From Candidatus Sulfurimonas ponti (GTDB lineage: Bacteria; Campylobacterota; Campylobacteria; Campylobacterales; Sulfurimonadaceae), in assembly GCA_014381585.1 (NCBI GenBank), contig JACNLH010000058.1, positions 1-54,759 on the forward strand: a stretch of DNA of 54,759 nucleotides, in the 5' to 3' direction. Under the pieces are notes generated by a model. The model had not been told where the DNA came from and made no database searches. It worked only from the letters and a program-made list of their open reading frames with translations. Below, in pieces: positions 18,889 to 28,243 of this stretch. The position numbers and the translations under genes were made by a program. How positions within the stretch are numbered: the first letter of the stretch is position 1; the number at the start of each line of letters is the position of its first letter.

Positions 18889-19723
18889 CCTTCACGAATT
18901 AGAATCACAATGGTTAAGATATAAGATTAAATCATTTCTCCCTCATTTGATTATTTTTATCAGCCTTGCTGTTATTGTCATTATTTTAACTTCCATTGAC
19001 TTCGAAGAAAAAACAAATCCTATAGCAGTTAAAGAAGACCTTGCACCTGCCGATATCAACCTAAGCACGCACACTAAAAAAAGCGCTACACCCTTAATCA
19101 TCCAAAAACCTCTAAAAGTTCCAGATCCAGCAGAGCCTCAGATCAGTACTCCAAAAGATCCAGTTATATCCAAAAAAGAAGAAAGCGTTCAAACTTCAGA
19201 GGAAGAAAACAAATTACTAATAAAACCGTCTTTAGACTTTATTCGAACTATGAAAGACAATTCGCCTAATTATTATAATAGTTATGTACCACCTAAGGCG
19301 AACATTCAAACTAAAAAAAAGATTGTTCAAAAAATAGAAACACCAAAGATAGAAGAAATTGTTTTAGACACGCAAGTTAAAGAAGTGCCAAAACAAGAAA
19401 TTCAAATTCAAAGACAAAATACTCAAGATGATATTCAACATGTCATAAAACGTTTTAAAGAATCAAACAACCCAGCTTTAAGCCTTTTTATTGCAAAAAA
19501 ATATTATGAACTAAAAAATTATAATCAATCCTATAATTATGCTTTGTTAACAAACCAAATAAACAACGATATAGAAGAGAGTTGGATTATTTTTGCAAAA
19601 TCACTTTATAAACTTGATCAAAAAGAAAAAGCGATAGAGATTCTTAAAAAATACATTAGCACATCACATTCTCATCGTGCAGAAATGCTTCTTGAAAATA
19701 TTAAATCCGGAAAAATAAAATGA
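18881..19723 (+). CDS. Membrane-anchored TPR protein (MshN/CtsX-like)
   Basis: N-terminal TM helix, Pro/Lys/Glu-rich linker, C-terminal TPR-like helices (AKKYYELKNYNQSYNYAL...WIIFAKSLYKL). Confidence 0.7.
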   Translation: MLNLHELESQWLRYKIKSFLPHLIIFISLAVIVIILTSIDFEEKTNPIAVKEDLAPADINLSTHTKKSATPLIIQKPLKVPDPAEPQISTPKDPVISKKEESVQTSEEENKLLIKPSLDFIRTMKDNSPNYYNSYVPPKANIQTKKKIVQKIETPKIEEIVLDTQVKEVPKQEIQIQRQNTQDDIQHVIKRFKESNNPALSLFIAKKYYELKNYNQSYNYALLTNQINNDIEESWIIFAKSLYKLDQKEKAIEILKKYISTSHSHRAEMLLENIKSGKIK

Positions 19724-20262
19724 AAATACTTTTAATACTATTCTTAAGCATAAATCTTTACGCAGACACCAAACAAAAAATGCTTAATCTTTACCAAAAT
19801 CATAAGTATGAAGAAGTATGTAATATCGGTTTTGATAATTATAGACGTCATAATAAAGATGAAGAGTATATTTCTTTATATGCTTTTGCATGCTTAAACT
19901 CTGACTATATAGATAGACTCTCAACCCCTGTGGCAATGTTGAAATTTTCTGCAGAAGCGAGATCCAATGCAGCCTATTTTTCAGTTATACTTATGCAAAA
20001 AAAGCTCCTGTATCATGCACTCGTGGATGGCTATAATATATCAAAGTTAGACCTTCCCACAACAGAATATGTTTTATCTAAAGTCTTTGATTTTTATTCT
20101 AAAATCGGACCTCACCAACAACGGTTGTTTTATCTTTTTGAAGATAAGAATGACCCGAAATTGACTTATAAACTTTACCTCAGTAAAGGAAATAAAATTG
20201 ATAAAATGATTATTGAAGAATTTTATGATTCTGTGACTATAAAAAGACACGTGTATTGGTGA
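19720..20262 (+). CDS. Hypothetical exported protein
   Basis: Signal peptide MKILLILFLSINLYA; ATGA overlap within the pilus operon. Confidence 0.75.
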   Translation: MKILLILFLSINLYADTKQKMLNLYQNHKYEEVCNIGFDNYRRHNKDEEYISLYAFACLNSDYIDRLSTPVAMLKFSAEARSNAAYFSVILMQKKLLYHALVDGYNISKLDLPTTEYVLSKVFDFYSKIGPHQQRLFYLFEDKNDPKLTYKLYLSKGNKIDKMIIEEFYDSVTIKRHVYW

Positions 20263-20275
20263 GGAGAAGCTAGCA

Positions 20276-22012
20276 ATGGATAGAATTACAGAAGACTTAC
20301 TTAGCAACGGCTCTATCATGCAACGTCAGGTGGATAGACTCCTAGCTCAAGGTATCAGTGAAAATTTAATCTTACGGGATATCACTCTTTCGGGATTTAT
20401 GACTATGGACCGGCTTGTCCGTTTTATAGTTGAGAGAATTCGACATGGTAATTATGACCTTTCAATTATAGATAATTATGACTATATACATGAAAAAACA
20501 GTCCTACAAAAGTTAGCATCAGAAATTGATTTAAAATTTGAAGACTTAGACTCTATAGATATGGACTATCAACTAGCTTCACGTGTACCTCTTGCTCAGT
20601 TACAAAAGCATAATGCCCTTCCTATTTCTGAAGATGATTTAAGTGTGACTGTTGCGCTCAATGATCCATTGGATATCCAAATTCAAGAATCACTTCAAAG
20701 ACTTTTTCCTAGAAAACCTATAAAAATAGCCTTGGCAACAAAAAAACAAATATCCTCATATCTTTTTAAAATTGAATTAAAAGACAGTGTTAAAGGTCTT
20801 GTTAAAAAGATAAAAGATGAGTTGAATTCTATCACATCGATAGAAGAGCAACAAGAAGCTTCTTCCATTTTACTTCTTATTGATGTTGTTCTCAAGGCTT
20901 GTATTAATGGCCGTGCCAGTGATATTCATATAGAGCCTACAGAAAAGAACTGTTCAGTCCGAGCTAGGATTGATGGAAAACTCTCAGAAATATTCATCTT
21001 TGAAAAAATGATTTATCCACCACTCGCTTCAAGACTCAAACTCTTGGCAAATCTTGATATTGCAGAGAAAAGAAAACCGCAGGATGGACGTTTTTCCACG
21101 GCGGTCGGTGCAAGAGAATATGACTTTCGTATATCGACTCTTCCCATTCTTTATGGCGAGTCTATCGTAATGAGGGTTTTAGATAAACAAAAAGCTCTTG
21201 TTAAACTTGAAGATGCCGGTATGGATAGTCTAAGTTATCAAAAACTTTTAAAAGGTCTTCAAGCCCCTTATGGAATCATTTTAGTCACCGGGCCAACCGG
21301 TAGTGGTAAAACCACCACGCTTTACGGTGCATTGAATGAACTTAGAAATGTTGAAGATAAAGTGATTACAGTTGAGGATCCTGTTGAGTACAGAATGAAC
21401 CTTATTCAACAAGTGCAAGTGAATCCAAAAGTCGGTCTTAGTTTTGCGGATGCCTTACGTTCTATTTTACGTCAGGATCCAGATAAAATAATGATTGGTG
21501 AAATCCGTGATCAAGAAACCTTGGAAATCGCAGTTAAAGCTGCATTAACCGGTCATATGGTTATTTCCACCTTACATACTAATGACTCTATCAGTGCTAT
21601 TCCACGTATGGTTGATATGGGTATAGAACATTATTTAATCTCTGGAGCACTTGTGGCTATTCAAGCACAAAGACTTGTACGTAAAATTTGCAAGCACTGT
21701 AAAGAGGAAGAGATAATCCCATCATCCACGCTTGAGGAATACAAAAATTATATACCTGATAAAGCTAAATTCTATACAGGTAAAGGCTGTAAAGAATGTA
21801 ATGACACTGGATATATGGGTCGGGAAATGATTTGTGAGGTATTGAATATTTCAGAAGATCTTTCTTCTTTAATCGCTAAGGGCGGATCAAAAGAACTGCT
21901 ATACGAACAAGCAAAAAAAGATGGTTTTATAGGTATCTTTGAAAATGGTATTCAAAAAGCTCTTGATGGAATCACCAGCTTAGAAGAGATACTCAAAGTA
22001 GCAAAGGGATAA
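20276..22012 (+). CDS. GspE/PilB/MshE/CtsE family assembly ATPase
   Basis: ASDIHIEP, EKRKPQDGRF, GPTGSGKTTTLY, TVEDPVE, LRQDPDKIMIGEIRD, STLHTND, CxxC...CxxC zinc motif. Confidence 0.95.
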   Translation: MDRITEDLLSNGSIMQRQVDRLLAQGISENLILRDITLSGFMTMDRLVRFIVERIRHGNYDLSIIDNYDYIHEKTVLQKLASEIDLKFEDLDSIDMDYQLASRVPLAQLQKHNALPISEDDLSVTVALNDPLDIQIQESLQRLFPRKPIKIALATKKQISSYLFKIELKDSVKGLVKKIKDELNSITSIEEQQEASSILLLIDVVLKACINGRASDIHIEPTEKNCSVRARIDGKLSEIFIFEKMIYPPLASRLKLLANLDIAEKRKPQDGRFSTAVGAREYDFRISTLPILYGESIVMRVLDKQKALVKLEDAGMDSLSYQKLLKGLQAPYGIILVTGPTGSGKTTTLYGALNELRNVEDKVITVEDPVEYRMNLIQQVQVNPKVGLSFADALRSILRQDPDKIMIGEIRDQETLEIAVKAALTGHMVISTLHTNDSISAIPRMVDMGIEHYLISGALVAIQAQRLVRKICKHCKEEEIIPSSTLEEYKNYIPDKAKFYTGKGCKECNDTGYMGREMICEVLNISEDLSSLIAKGGSKELLYEQAKKDGFIGIFENGIQKALDGITSLEEILKVAKG

Positions 22013-22014
22013 TA

Positions 22015-23259
22015 ATGAAATATTTTATTGCAACGGTTCTTAGTAAAGGTAAAAGAGAAGAATTACCTATATATGCAGAAAATAAAAAAGATGCTCAAGA
22101 ATATGCCAAAGTGAAATCAAGCGGTATTCTCATTAAAGTTGTAGAAGGCACTGAACCTATTGATGCACAGTTTTTACGGTTTAAAACAAATTTTCTTAAA
22201 AATATTAAGAAGAAGAAAATCAAATCTGATGCCCTCATAGCTGCAATACGACAACTTGCTGTTATGACAAATGCTGGAATTTCTATTTATGATTCACTTA
22301 GTGAAATTGCTTCAGCAACTGAAGATGATGCACTTAAAACTGTTTTTTCAAAACTTGCAGATGATATCAACTCTGGACATTCACTTTCAACATCTATGGA
22401 AAACTTTAGATTTGAACTTGGCAACTTGACTATCGCAATGGTGAACCTAGGTGAAAAGACCGGTAATCTAGATGAAGCCTTATATGCCTTAGCAGATATG
22501 CTTGAAGAAATTCGTTCAAACATCATAAAATTTAAAAAAGCGATGGCATATCCTAGAAATGTTATGATCGCAATGGCTGTTGCATTCACTATACTCATAT
22601 CTTATGTTGTTCCTGAGTTTAAAAAAATATTTGAATCATTAAATGCAGAATTGCCGTTGCCAACTCAAATATTACTAACTCTAGAAAACCTCTTTAACAA
22701 TTACGGGCTTTATGTAATCGCCGGTCTTATTGTCTTTTTTCTCATCTTTAGGTACATGGTGAATAATTCAAAAGAGTTTCGTTATGGATGGCATAAATTT
22801 TTACTCAAAACCTACCTTATAAAAAATATTATTAAGTTCTCAACTCTCAATCGTTTCACTCTTGTATTTTCAGAACTGGTGCGTGCGGGGATTCCAATTG
22901 CCGAAGCGCTTGACACTTCTATAGATATGATAGACAATCTTCCACTAAAAGCAAAGCTTCAGTCTGTTCGATTCACAGTTGAAAAAGGCGGTACTTTAAA
23001 TAAAGGTCTCAAAGATACAGAACTGTTTGAAAATATGATCACACAAATGGTCCGTGCAGGTGAAGACAGTGGTACATTGGACACCATGATTAAAAAAGTG
23101 GCTGAATACTATAAGATGCGTTTTGATGCGATTATCGATGGATTAAGTGAAGCTATAGAGCCTATCATGCTCTTTATCATGGCTGCTATGGTTATTTTAC
23201 TGGCACTTGGTATTTTCTTACCTATGTGGGATATGGGGAATGCTGTCCAAGGAAGATAG
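22015..23259 (+). CDS. GspF/PilC/MshG/CtsF family inner-membrane platform protein
   Basis: RQLAVMTNAGI, GEKTGNLDE, AMAYP, ELPLPT, GEDSGTLD, IEPI motifs. Confidence 0.95.
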   Translation: MKYFIATVLSKGKREELPIYAENKKDAQEYAKVKSSGILIKVVEGTEPIDAQFLRFKTNFLKNIKKKKIKSDALIAAIRQLAVMTNAGISIYDSLSEIASATEDDALKTVFSKLADDINSGHSLSTSMENFRFELGNLTIAMVNLGEKTGNLDEALYALADMLEEIRSNIIKFKKAMAYPRNVMIAMAVAFTILISYVVPEFKKIFESLNAELPLPTQILLTLENLFNNYGLYVIAGLIVFFLIFRYMVNNSKEFRYGWHKFLLKTYLIKNIIKFSTLNRFTLVFSELVRAGIPIAEALDTSIDMIDNLPLKAKLQSVRFTVEKGGTLNKGLKDTELFENMITQMVRAGEDSGTLDTMIKKVAEYYKMRFDAIIDGLSEAIEPIMLFIMAAMVILLALGIFLPMWDMGNAVQGR

Positions 23260-23260
23260 A

Positions 23261-23833
23261 TTATATAATACTTATCAATCTATCCATTTTCCCTAAAAAA
23301 GTTTGCATATTTTTTTCATCAGATTTTAGTAGGTATTGAGTAGTGTCACTAAAATCTTTTTGAATAATTTCAATCTTATTCATAAGACATTCATATTCTA
23401 TTTTTCTAATATTTGCATATTCAAATACAATTCTTATATGTATCTCTTCTTTATATTCAAAAACATCTGCTGTTTCTAAAACTAAGTTTGCAGCATCACT
23501 ATATGCACGTACGAGTCCGCCAGTCCCCAGTTTAGTGCCGCCAAAATAACGAACCGTTATGATAGCTGTATTTATCATCTGTGAACCTTGCAAAACCATA
23601 AGAGTTGGTTTTCCCGATGTTCCCTTTGGTTCACCGTCATCGCTAGAATGTTCTACTATTTGTTTAAACTCATTTAAATATCTATATGAAACAACAAAAT
23701 GTCTAGCTTTTGGATGTGATTCTTTTAATTCGTAAAGTGTTTTTTCGTATAAATCATATGGAAGAAGGTGAGAGATAAACTTTGATTGCTTTATCTCTAA
23801 AGTTTGTATATAAAGTTTATCTGTGTATTTCAT
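23261..23833 (-). CDS. yigZ: YigZ/IMPACT family protein (true start ATG 23833)
   Basis: IKQSKF, SDDGEPKGTSG, VRYFGGTKLGTGGLVRAY. The track start (MMMMM) is an artefact of the yebC Asp run. Confidence 0.92.
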   Translation of the reverse strand: MKYTDKLYIQTLEIKQSKFISHLLPYDLYEKTLYELKESHPKARHFVVSYRYLNEFKQIVEHSSDDGEPKGTSGKPTLMVLQGSQMINTAIITVRYFGGTKLGTGGLVRAYSDAANLVLETADVFEYKEEIHIRIVFEYANIRKIEYECLMNKIEIIQKDFSDTTQYLLKSDEKNMQTFLGKMDRLISII

Positions 23834-23834
23834 A

Positions 23835-24545
23835 CTATGCCAGGTTGGTGAAAACCTTTTGCACATCATCATCATCATCTAATCTTTGCAGGATTTTGTC
23901 TATGTCTTCTTGCTGCTCATCCGAAATGCTAATCGGCGCATTTGCTATTCTCTCTAAGGTGGCTTTTTTAATCTCTAAGTTCATATCTTCGAGTGCTGTG
24001 TTTAAAGTGCCAAAACTTGTATAATCTGCTGTAATCAATGCTTCACCCTCTTCAGCTTCAATCTCTTCAAGTCCAGCATCTATAAGCTCAAGTTCTAGTT
24101 CTTCAATGTCTGTATCTTCTTTTAAATCAAACTCAAAAAGAGCTTTTCTATCAAACATAAATTCTAAAGAACCGTTTGTAAGCATCTCCCCGCCATTTTT
24201 ATTTAAAATACTTTTTACATTCGCCACGGTGCGTGTGTTATTATCAGTTGCACACTCTATAAATAAAAGCACACCGTGAGGAGCCTTACCTTCAAAGTTG
24301 ACTTCAAGCATGTCAGCAGTGTTTTTTTCCGTCGCTCTTTTTATTGCTGCATCGATATTGTCTTTTGGCATATTTTCAGCTTTTGCATTTAAGATAGCAG
24401 TACGGAGTTTTGGATTCATGTCCGGATCCCCACCGCCATCTTTTGCTGCCATAGTGATAATCTTTCCAAGTTTTGGAAACAATTTTGACATTGCTCCCCA
24501 TCTTTTTAACTTTGATGCTTTCCTATATTCAAACGCTCTTCCCAC
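23835..24545 (-). CDS. yebC: YebC/PmpR family protein
   Basis: [42 protein letters not shown]; GTG start with AGGAG SD. Confidence 0.95.
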   Translation of the reverse strand: MGRAFEYRKASKLKRWGAMSKLFPKLGKIITMAAKDGGGDPDMNPKLRTAILNAKAENMPKDNIDAAIKRATEKNTADMLEVNFEGKAPHGVLLFIECATDNNTRTVANVKSILNKNGGEMLTNGSLEFMFDRKALFEFDLKEDTDIEELELELIDAGLEEIEAEEGEALITADYTSFGTLNTALEDMNLEIKKATLERIANAPISISDEQQEDIDKILQRLDDDDDVQKVFTNLA

Positions 24546-24567
24546 GATACTCTCCTAAAATTATTAA

Positions 24568-24576
24568 TGCTATAAT
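24568..24576 (+). promoter_or_regulatory. Extended -10 sigma70 promoter for the 24594 gene
   Basis: TGcTATAAT followed by AAGGAG SD and ATG. Confidence 0.65.
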
Positions 24577-24593
24577 ACTACAAAGGAGTATAT

Positions 24594-25091
24594 ATGCGAC
24601 TTAGTTTTCGGTTAAAACACCATTTTTTCAGTGCATTTCGTGAATTATTTGTTCACCATCATGGTTCTTTGGAGTTTCGTGCAAAGGTTTTTGCTCTCAT
24701 AATTGCAGCTAATAATGATTCGACTGTGGAAAGTTATATAAAAGTCAAAGAAATTGCTCTTAAGATTTATGAAAATGATGAAGAAAGAGCAAATCTTTTA
24801 ATGCTCACAACGAAAGAAAAAGTGAATAAAGTAAGAGAAAATAATGGCTTGGATATAGATACTTTAGTTGCAAATATACAAAAAGATCTTAAAATTATTC
24901 CTAGGTATGCAAAAAAAATCAATCTTGAAGAATTAAAAAAACTAATTGCACTAAGTTTTGATGAGGACACTATCTCTTATCAAAACAATATGTTAGAGTT
25001 TTTAGAAACTTTGAAAAATGACACCCTAAGAAAAAAAGAAAAGCAAATCGCTCAAGATGAAGAAACCTTTAAATCACAGTTTTCTTCATAA
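24594..25091 (+). CDS. Hypothetical helical protein (possibly TerB-like)
   Basis: 165 aa with its own promoter and strong SD; fills the gap between yebC and ttcA; fold guess is weak. Confidence 0.72.
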   Translation: MRLSFRLKHHFFSAFRELFVHHHGSLEFRAKVFALIIAANNDSTVESYIKVKEIALKIYENDEERANLLMLTTKEKVNKVRENNGLDIDTLVANIQKDLKIIPRYAKKINLEELKKLIALSFDEDTISYQNNMLEFLETLKNDTLRKKEKQIAQDEETFKSQFSS

Positions 25092-25094
25092 GCT

Positions 25095-25853
25095 TTAAAG
25101 AGAGAATTTCTCTTTATCAAAAAAACTGTCAACTGAAATATTTTTAAATGCTGCATTAAGCGATGTGAAAAGTTGTGGAAAATCTTCTTCCATTTTTGCT
25201 AGTTTCACTTTCATATCTGCACGGGCATGAGGCATTTTAACATCAAAACGCATAGCAGGACAGGCTTCATCGCCAATCGCGGCAAGTTCATTTTCATCTA
25301 CAAAAGCACGGAGTTGACGTTCACGCATTTGAATAAGCGGGCGAATAACGATAAGTCCATTTTCTGCTTTGTACTTAGGGGCTAAACTTCTCATTTGTCC
25401 ATTATAAATAAAGTTCATAAAAAAACTCTCTGCAGCATCATCCATATGATGACCAAGTGCCACCTTATTACATCCATTTTCTTGTGCTGCTGTATAAAGA
25501 TATCCTCTTCTCATTCTTGAAAAGAAGCTGCAAAAAGAAGAATTTTTTCTTATCTTTTCTTTTGCTAAATCATACACCTTTGTGTCAACAGTTATATGTG
25601 GAATATTATATTCTTGACAATGAGCATGCAAAGCATCATAATTTTCACCCATTCCATAAGATATAGTCACAGCAAGAAACTCAAACTTAAAAGGGGCGCG
25701 ACGTTGCTGTTCTTTCATCGCATGAATCATAGTAAGGGAATCTTTGCCTCCACTAAGGCCTACCAAAATCTTATCGCCCTCTTCTATAAGTTCAAACTCA
25801 GCATTTGTCTTACCAAGTTTAGACATGATTTTTTTAGATAATTTTATAGACAT
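25095..25853 (-). CDS. ttcA: tRNA 2-thiocytidine biosynthesis protein, TtcA family
   Basis: PP-loop SGGKDS, CSFFSRMRRG, ALGHHMDD, IRPL. Confidence 0.88.
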   Translation of the reverse strand: MSIKLSKKIMSKLGKTNAEFELIEEGDKILVGLSGGKDSLTMIHAMKEQQRRAPFKFEFLAVTISYGMGENYDALHAHCQEYNIPHITVDTKVYDLAKEKIRKNSSFCSFFSRMRRGYLYTAAQENGCNKVALGHHMDDAAESFFMNFIYNGQMRSLAPKYKAENGLIVIRPLIQMRERQLRAFVDENELAAIGDEACPAMRFDVKMPHARADMKVKLAKMEEDFPQLFTSLNAAFKNISVDSFFDKEKFSL

Positions 25854-26545
25854 TACTTAGCTAGTTTTTTTACCATTTTCATAATAAACTCTGCTGAGAT
25901 TATCGCTGATGACTCCATAAATTCATCAAATGAAAAACTTGCATCAGTATCTGCAGTGTCACTAATCGCGCGCAGTATGAAAAAAGGTATATCCAGAGAC
26001 TTACAAACAACTGCGACTGAAGCACCCTCCATCTCTAATGCATCCGCATTAAAATGCTTTACAATATTTTTTTTAACTTTCTCATCATGCACAAACTGAT
26101 CGCCGGTGGCTATAACACCCTCTGAGACAGTTTTCCCCAACTCTTTTGCAACTTCTTTGGATAAAGAGATTAAGTCTTTGTCAGCTTCAACAAACACACT
26201 CCCGCCAGGAACAAACCCCATAGGGTGTCCAAAAGCAGTTATATCTAAATCATGTTGGGATAATTTTGTTGCTACGATTAAATCCCCGATTTTTAAACTT
26301 GGATTGATTCCCCCGGCCACACCGGAAAAAAGTAATCTATCACAATTAAAATGTTGAATCATTGTGCTTGCAGTGAGTGTGGAAAACACTTTACCGATTT
26401 TTGAATATGCCACAACCACATCAAGACCGTGATATGTTGCTTCATAGTAGTCATTATCCGCATATTTTGTAGTTTTGTATGTACCTAATTCTTCTAATAT
26501 CGGAGCTATCTCTTCAGGCATCGCACCCATAATCGCTATTTTCAT
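25853..26545 (-). CDS. mtnN: 5'-methylthioadenosine/S-adenosylhomocysteine nucleosidase
   Basis: IAIMGAMPEE, KIGKV, TGDQF, EMEGA, RAISD. Confidence 0.96.
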   Translation of the reverse strand: MKIAIMGAMPEEIAPILEELGTYKTTKYADNDYYEATYHGLDVVVAYSKIGKVFSTLTASTMIQHFNCDRLLFSGVAGGINPSLKIGDLIVATKLSQHDLDITAFGHPMGFVPGGSVFVEADKDLISLSKEVAKELGKTVSEGVIATGDQFVHDEKVKKNIVKHFNADALEMEGASVAVVCKSLDIPFFILRAISDTADTDASFSFDEFMESSAIISAEFIMKMVKKLAK

Positions 26546-26571
26546 TTTTTGTCTCTTTTTTATTTTTAATT

Positions 26572-27288
26572 TTATATTTCTATTGTTTTTATCATCTCTT
26601 TATAGTGAGGCAGAGAATCTATCACTTCACCGTTTTCATCTAAAATGCAACTACCGCCCCAAAAACCTAAACCGTCTTCAAAACCTACACGGTTTACAAA
26701 GATTATTTTTGCTTTACATTCTGATGCCACCTGTGTGATTATATCTTTCCATTTATGTTCAATATCTAAACCGTCATCTGAAAATCCACGTGCCGGTGAT
26801 GCCACCAAAGCTATCACTATATCCGGATTCTCTGATATTAAATCATGATGCACTTCTTTATGCCATAAGTCTTCACAAACAAGCATTGAAACTTTACCAA
26901 AACGAGTTTCAAAACTTTCAAATACATCACCCGCTTTAAAGTATCGGGCTTCTTCAAACATTCCATAATTTGGTAAATGGACTTTATTATGTTGGCTTAA
27001 AAGCTTAGCGTTAGAAAAGTAAAGAGCAGAGTTTCTAAATATATTTAAATCTTTTATAGCCCCGCCAACTACAATATCAATCGATTCACTAAGCTCTTCC
27101 AACTCAGTCAACTCACCTAAGTTCCAAGCATCTTCAAATAGTTTGTCTTGTAATAAATAGCCATTTAAAGACAGCTCAGGAAATACAATCAAATCACTTT
27201 CATCTTTAACATCATTGATTATCTCAATAATATTTTGAAGGTTCGAGCGATTTAATTTTGGTGAAGTTTGTGCAAGGGTCACCTTCAT
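26572..27288 (-). CDS. Carbon-nitrogen hydrolase (nitrilase family) resembling the NAD synthetase glutaminase domain
   Basis: E-K-C triad: FPEL, KVHLPNYGMFEEARYF, VCEDLW; NRVG.EDGL.FWGGS. Confidence 0.88.
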   Translation of the reverse strand: MKVTLAQTSPKLNRSNLQNIIEIINDVKDESDLIVFPELSLNGYLLQDKLFEDAWNLGELTELEELSESIDIVVGGAIKDLNIFRNSALYFSNAKLLSQHNKVHLPNYGMFEEARYFKAGDVFESFETRFGKVSMLVCEDLWHKEVHHDLISENPDIVIALVASPARGFSDDGLDIEHKWKDIITQVASECKAKIIFVNRVGFEDGLGFWGGSCILDENGEVIDSLPHYKEMIKTIEI

Positions 27289-27289
27289 T

Positions 27290-28228
27290 CTAGCTACAGA
27301 TTTCCTCTGTGACTTTTGCTAAAGATGCCATATCAGAGATATTTAAAGTTGTAAGATCTTTTGCAATTCTACGGTTAAGTCCTTTAAGAACCACACCATT
27401 TCCAAATTCAATAGCCATATCCACATCATCAGCAATTGCTAAAATTGACTGCTTATACTTTACAGGTTTGACTAATTGATCTTTTAGAAGTGCTATAGCA
27501 TCAGCTTTAGTATCATAAGGCTTAGTTGTAACATTGGAGATAATAGGAGCTTCAAAGCTGTCTTGAACCATTTGAGACATAATCTCAGCTAGAGGATCTT
27601 GAGCAGGAGCTAAAATTTCACAATGTGAAGCTACAGACATATTTAAAAGAAGTGCACGTTTTGCACCGGCATCTTTAAAAGTTTGCTCTAATGAAGCTAA
27701 ATCAGCTTTCATACCGGCAACTACAAGTTGACCATCTTGATTATAGTTTGCCGGCCAAACTTTCTTACCTTCAGCTTGTGCATCAGCACACACTTTTTCC
27801 ACTGATTCATCATCAAGACCGACTATAGCCATCATTCCAGCTTCAATTTTTTCACACGCTGCTTGCATAAAAGAACCTCTTTTATGCACTAACTCCACCG
27901 CATCAACATAATCAATCGCACCGCTTGCACTCAAAGCAGAAAACTCGCCAAGAGAATGCCCTAAAAATAATGCCGCTTTAATATCCGGGCATTTATCTTT
28001 AAAAAGCCTATATGCAATCATTTGCACCAATAAAATTGCAGGTTGCGTAAAAGCCGTCTGTCCCAACTTCTCATTTTCTTCAAAAATAAGTTCTTTAAAA
28101 TCAACACCGATTCTCTCACCGGCTTTATCAAACATCTCGCGTGCAATTTCTGAATTGTTATAAAAATCTTGACCCATTCCCACTGCCTGAGAACCTTGAC
28201 CTGAGAATATCATTGCTATTTTTGACAT
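27290..28228 (-). CDS. fabD: Malonyl-CoA:ACP transacylase
   Basis: GQGSQAVGMG, TQPAI, GHSLGE, ANYN, VASH. Confidence 0.97.
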   Translation of the reverse strand: MSKIAMIFSGQGSQAVGMGQDFYNNSEIAREMFDKAGERIGVDFKELIFEENEKLGQTAFTQPAILLVQMIAYRLFKDKCPDIKAALFLGHSLGEFSALSASGAIDYVDAVELVHKRGSFMQAACEKIEAGMMAIVGLDDESVEKVCADAQAEGKKVWPANYNQDGQLVVAGMKADLASLEQTFKDAGAKRALLLNMSVASHCEILAPAQDPLAEIMSQMVQDSFEAPIISNVTTKPYDTKADAIALLKDQLVKPVKYKQSILAIADDVDMAIEFGNGVVLKGLNRRIAKDLTTLNISDMASLAKVTEEICS

Positions 28229-28243
28229 ATATTTTCCTTAGTA

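Noticed and set aside
23864-23878. Trinucleotide repeat giving an MMMMM start for the yigZ ORF
   Set aside because: It encodes the conserved Asp run near the YebC C-terminus; the real yigZ start is 23833.
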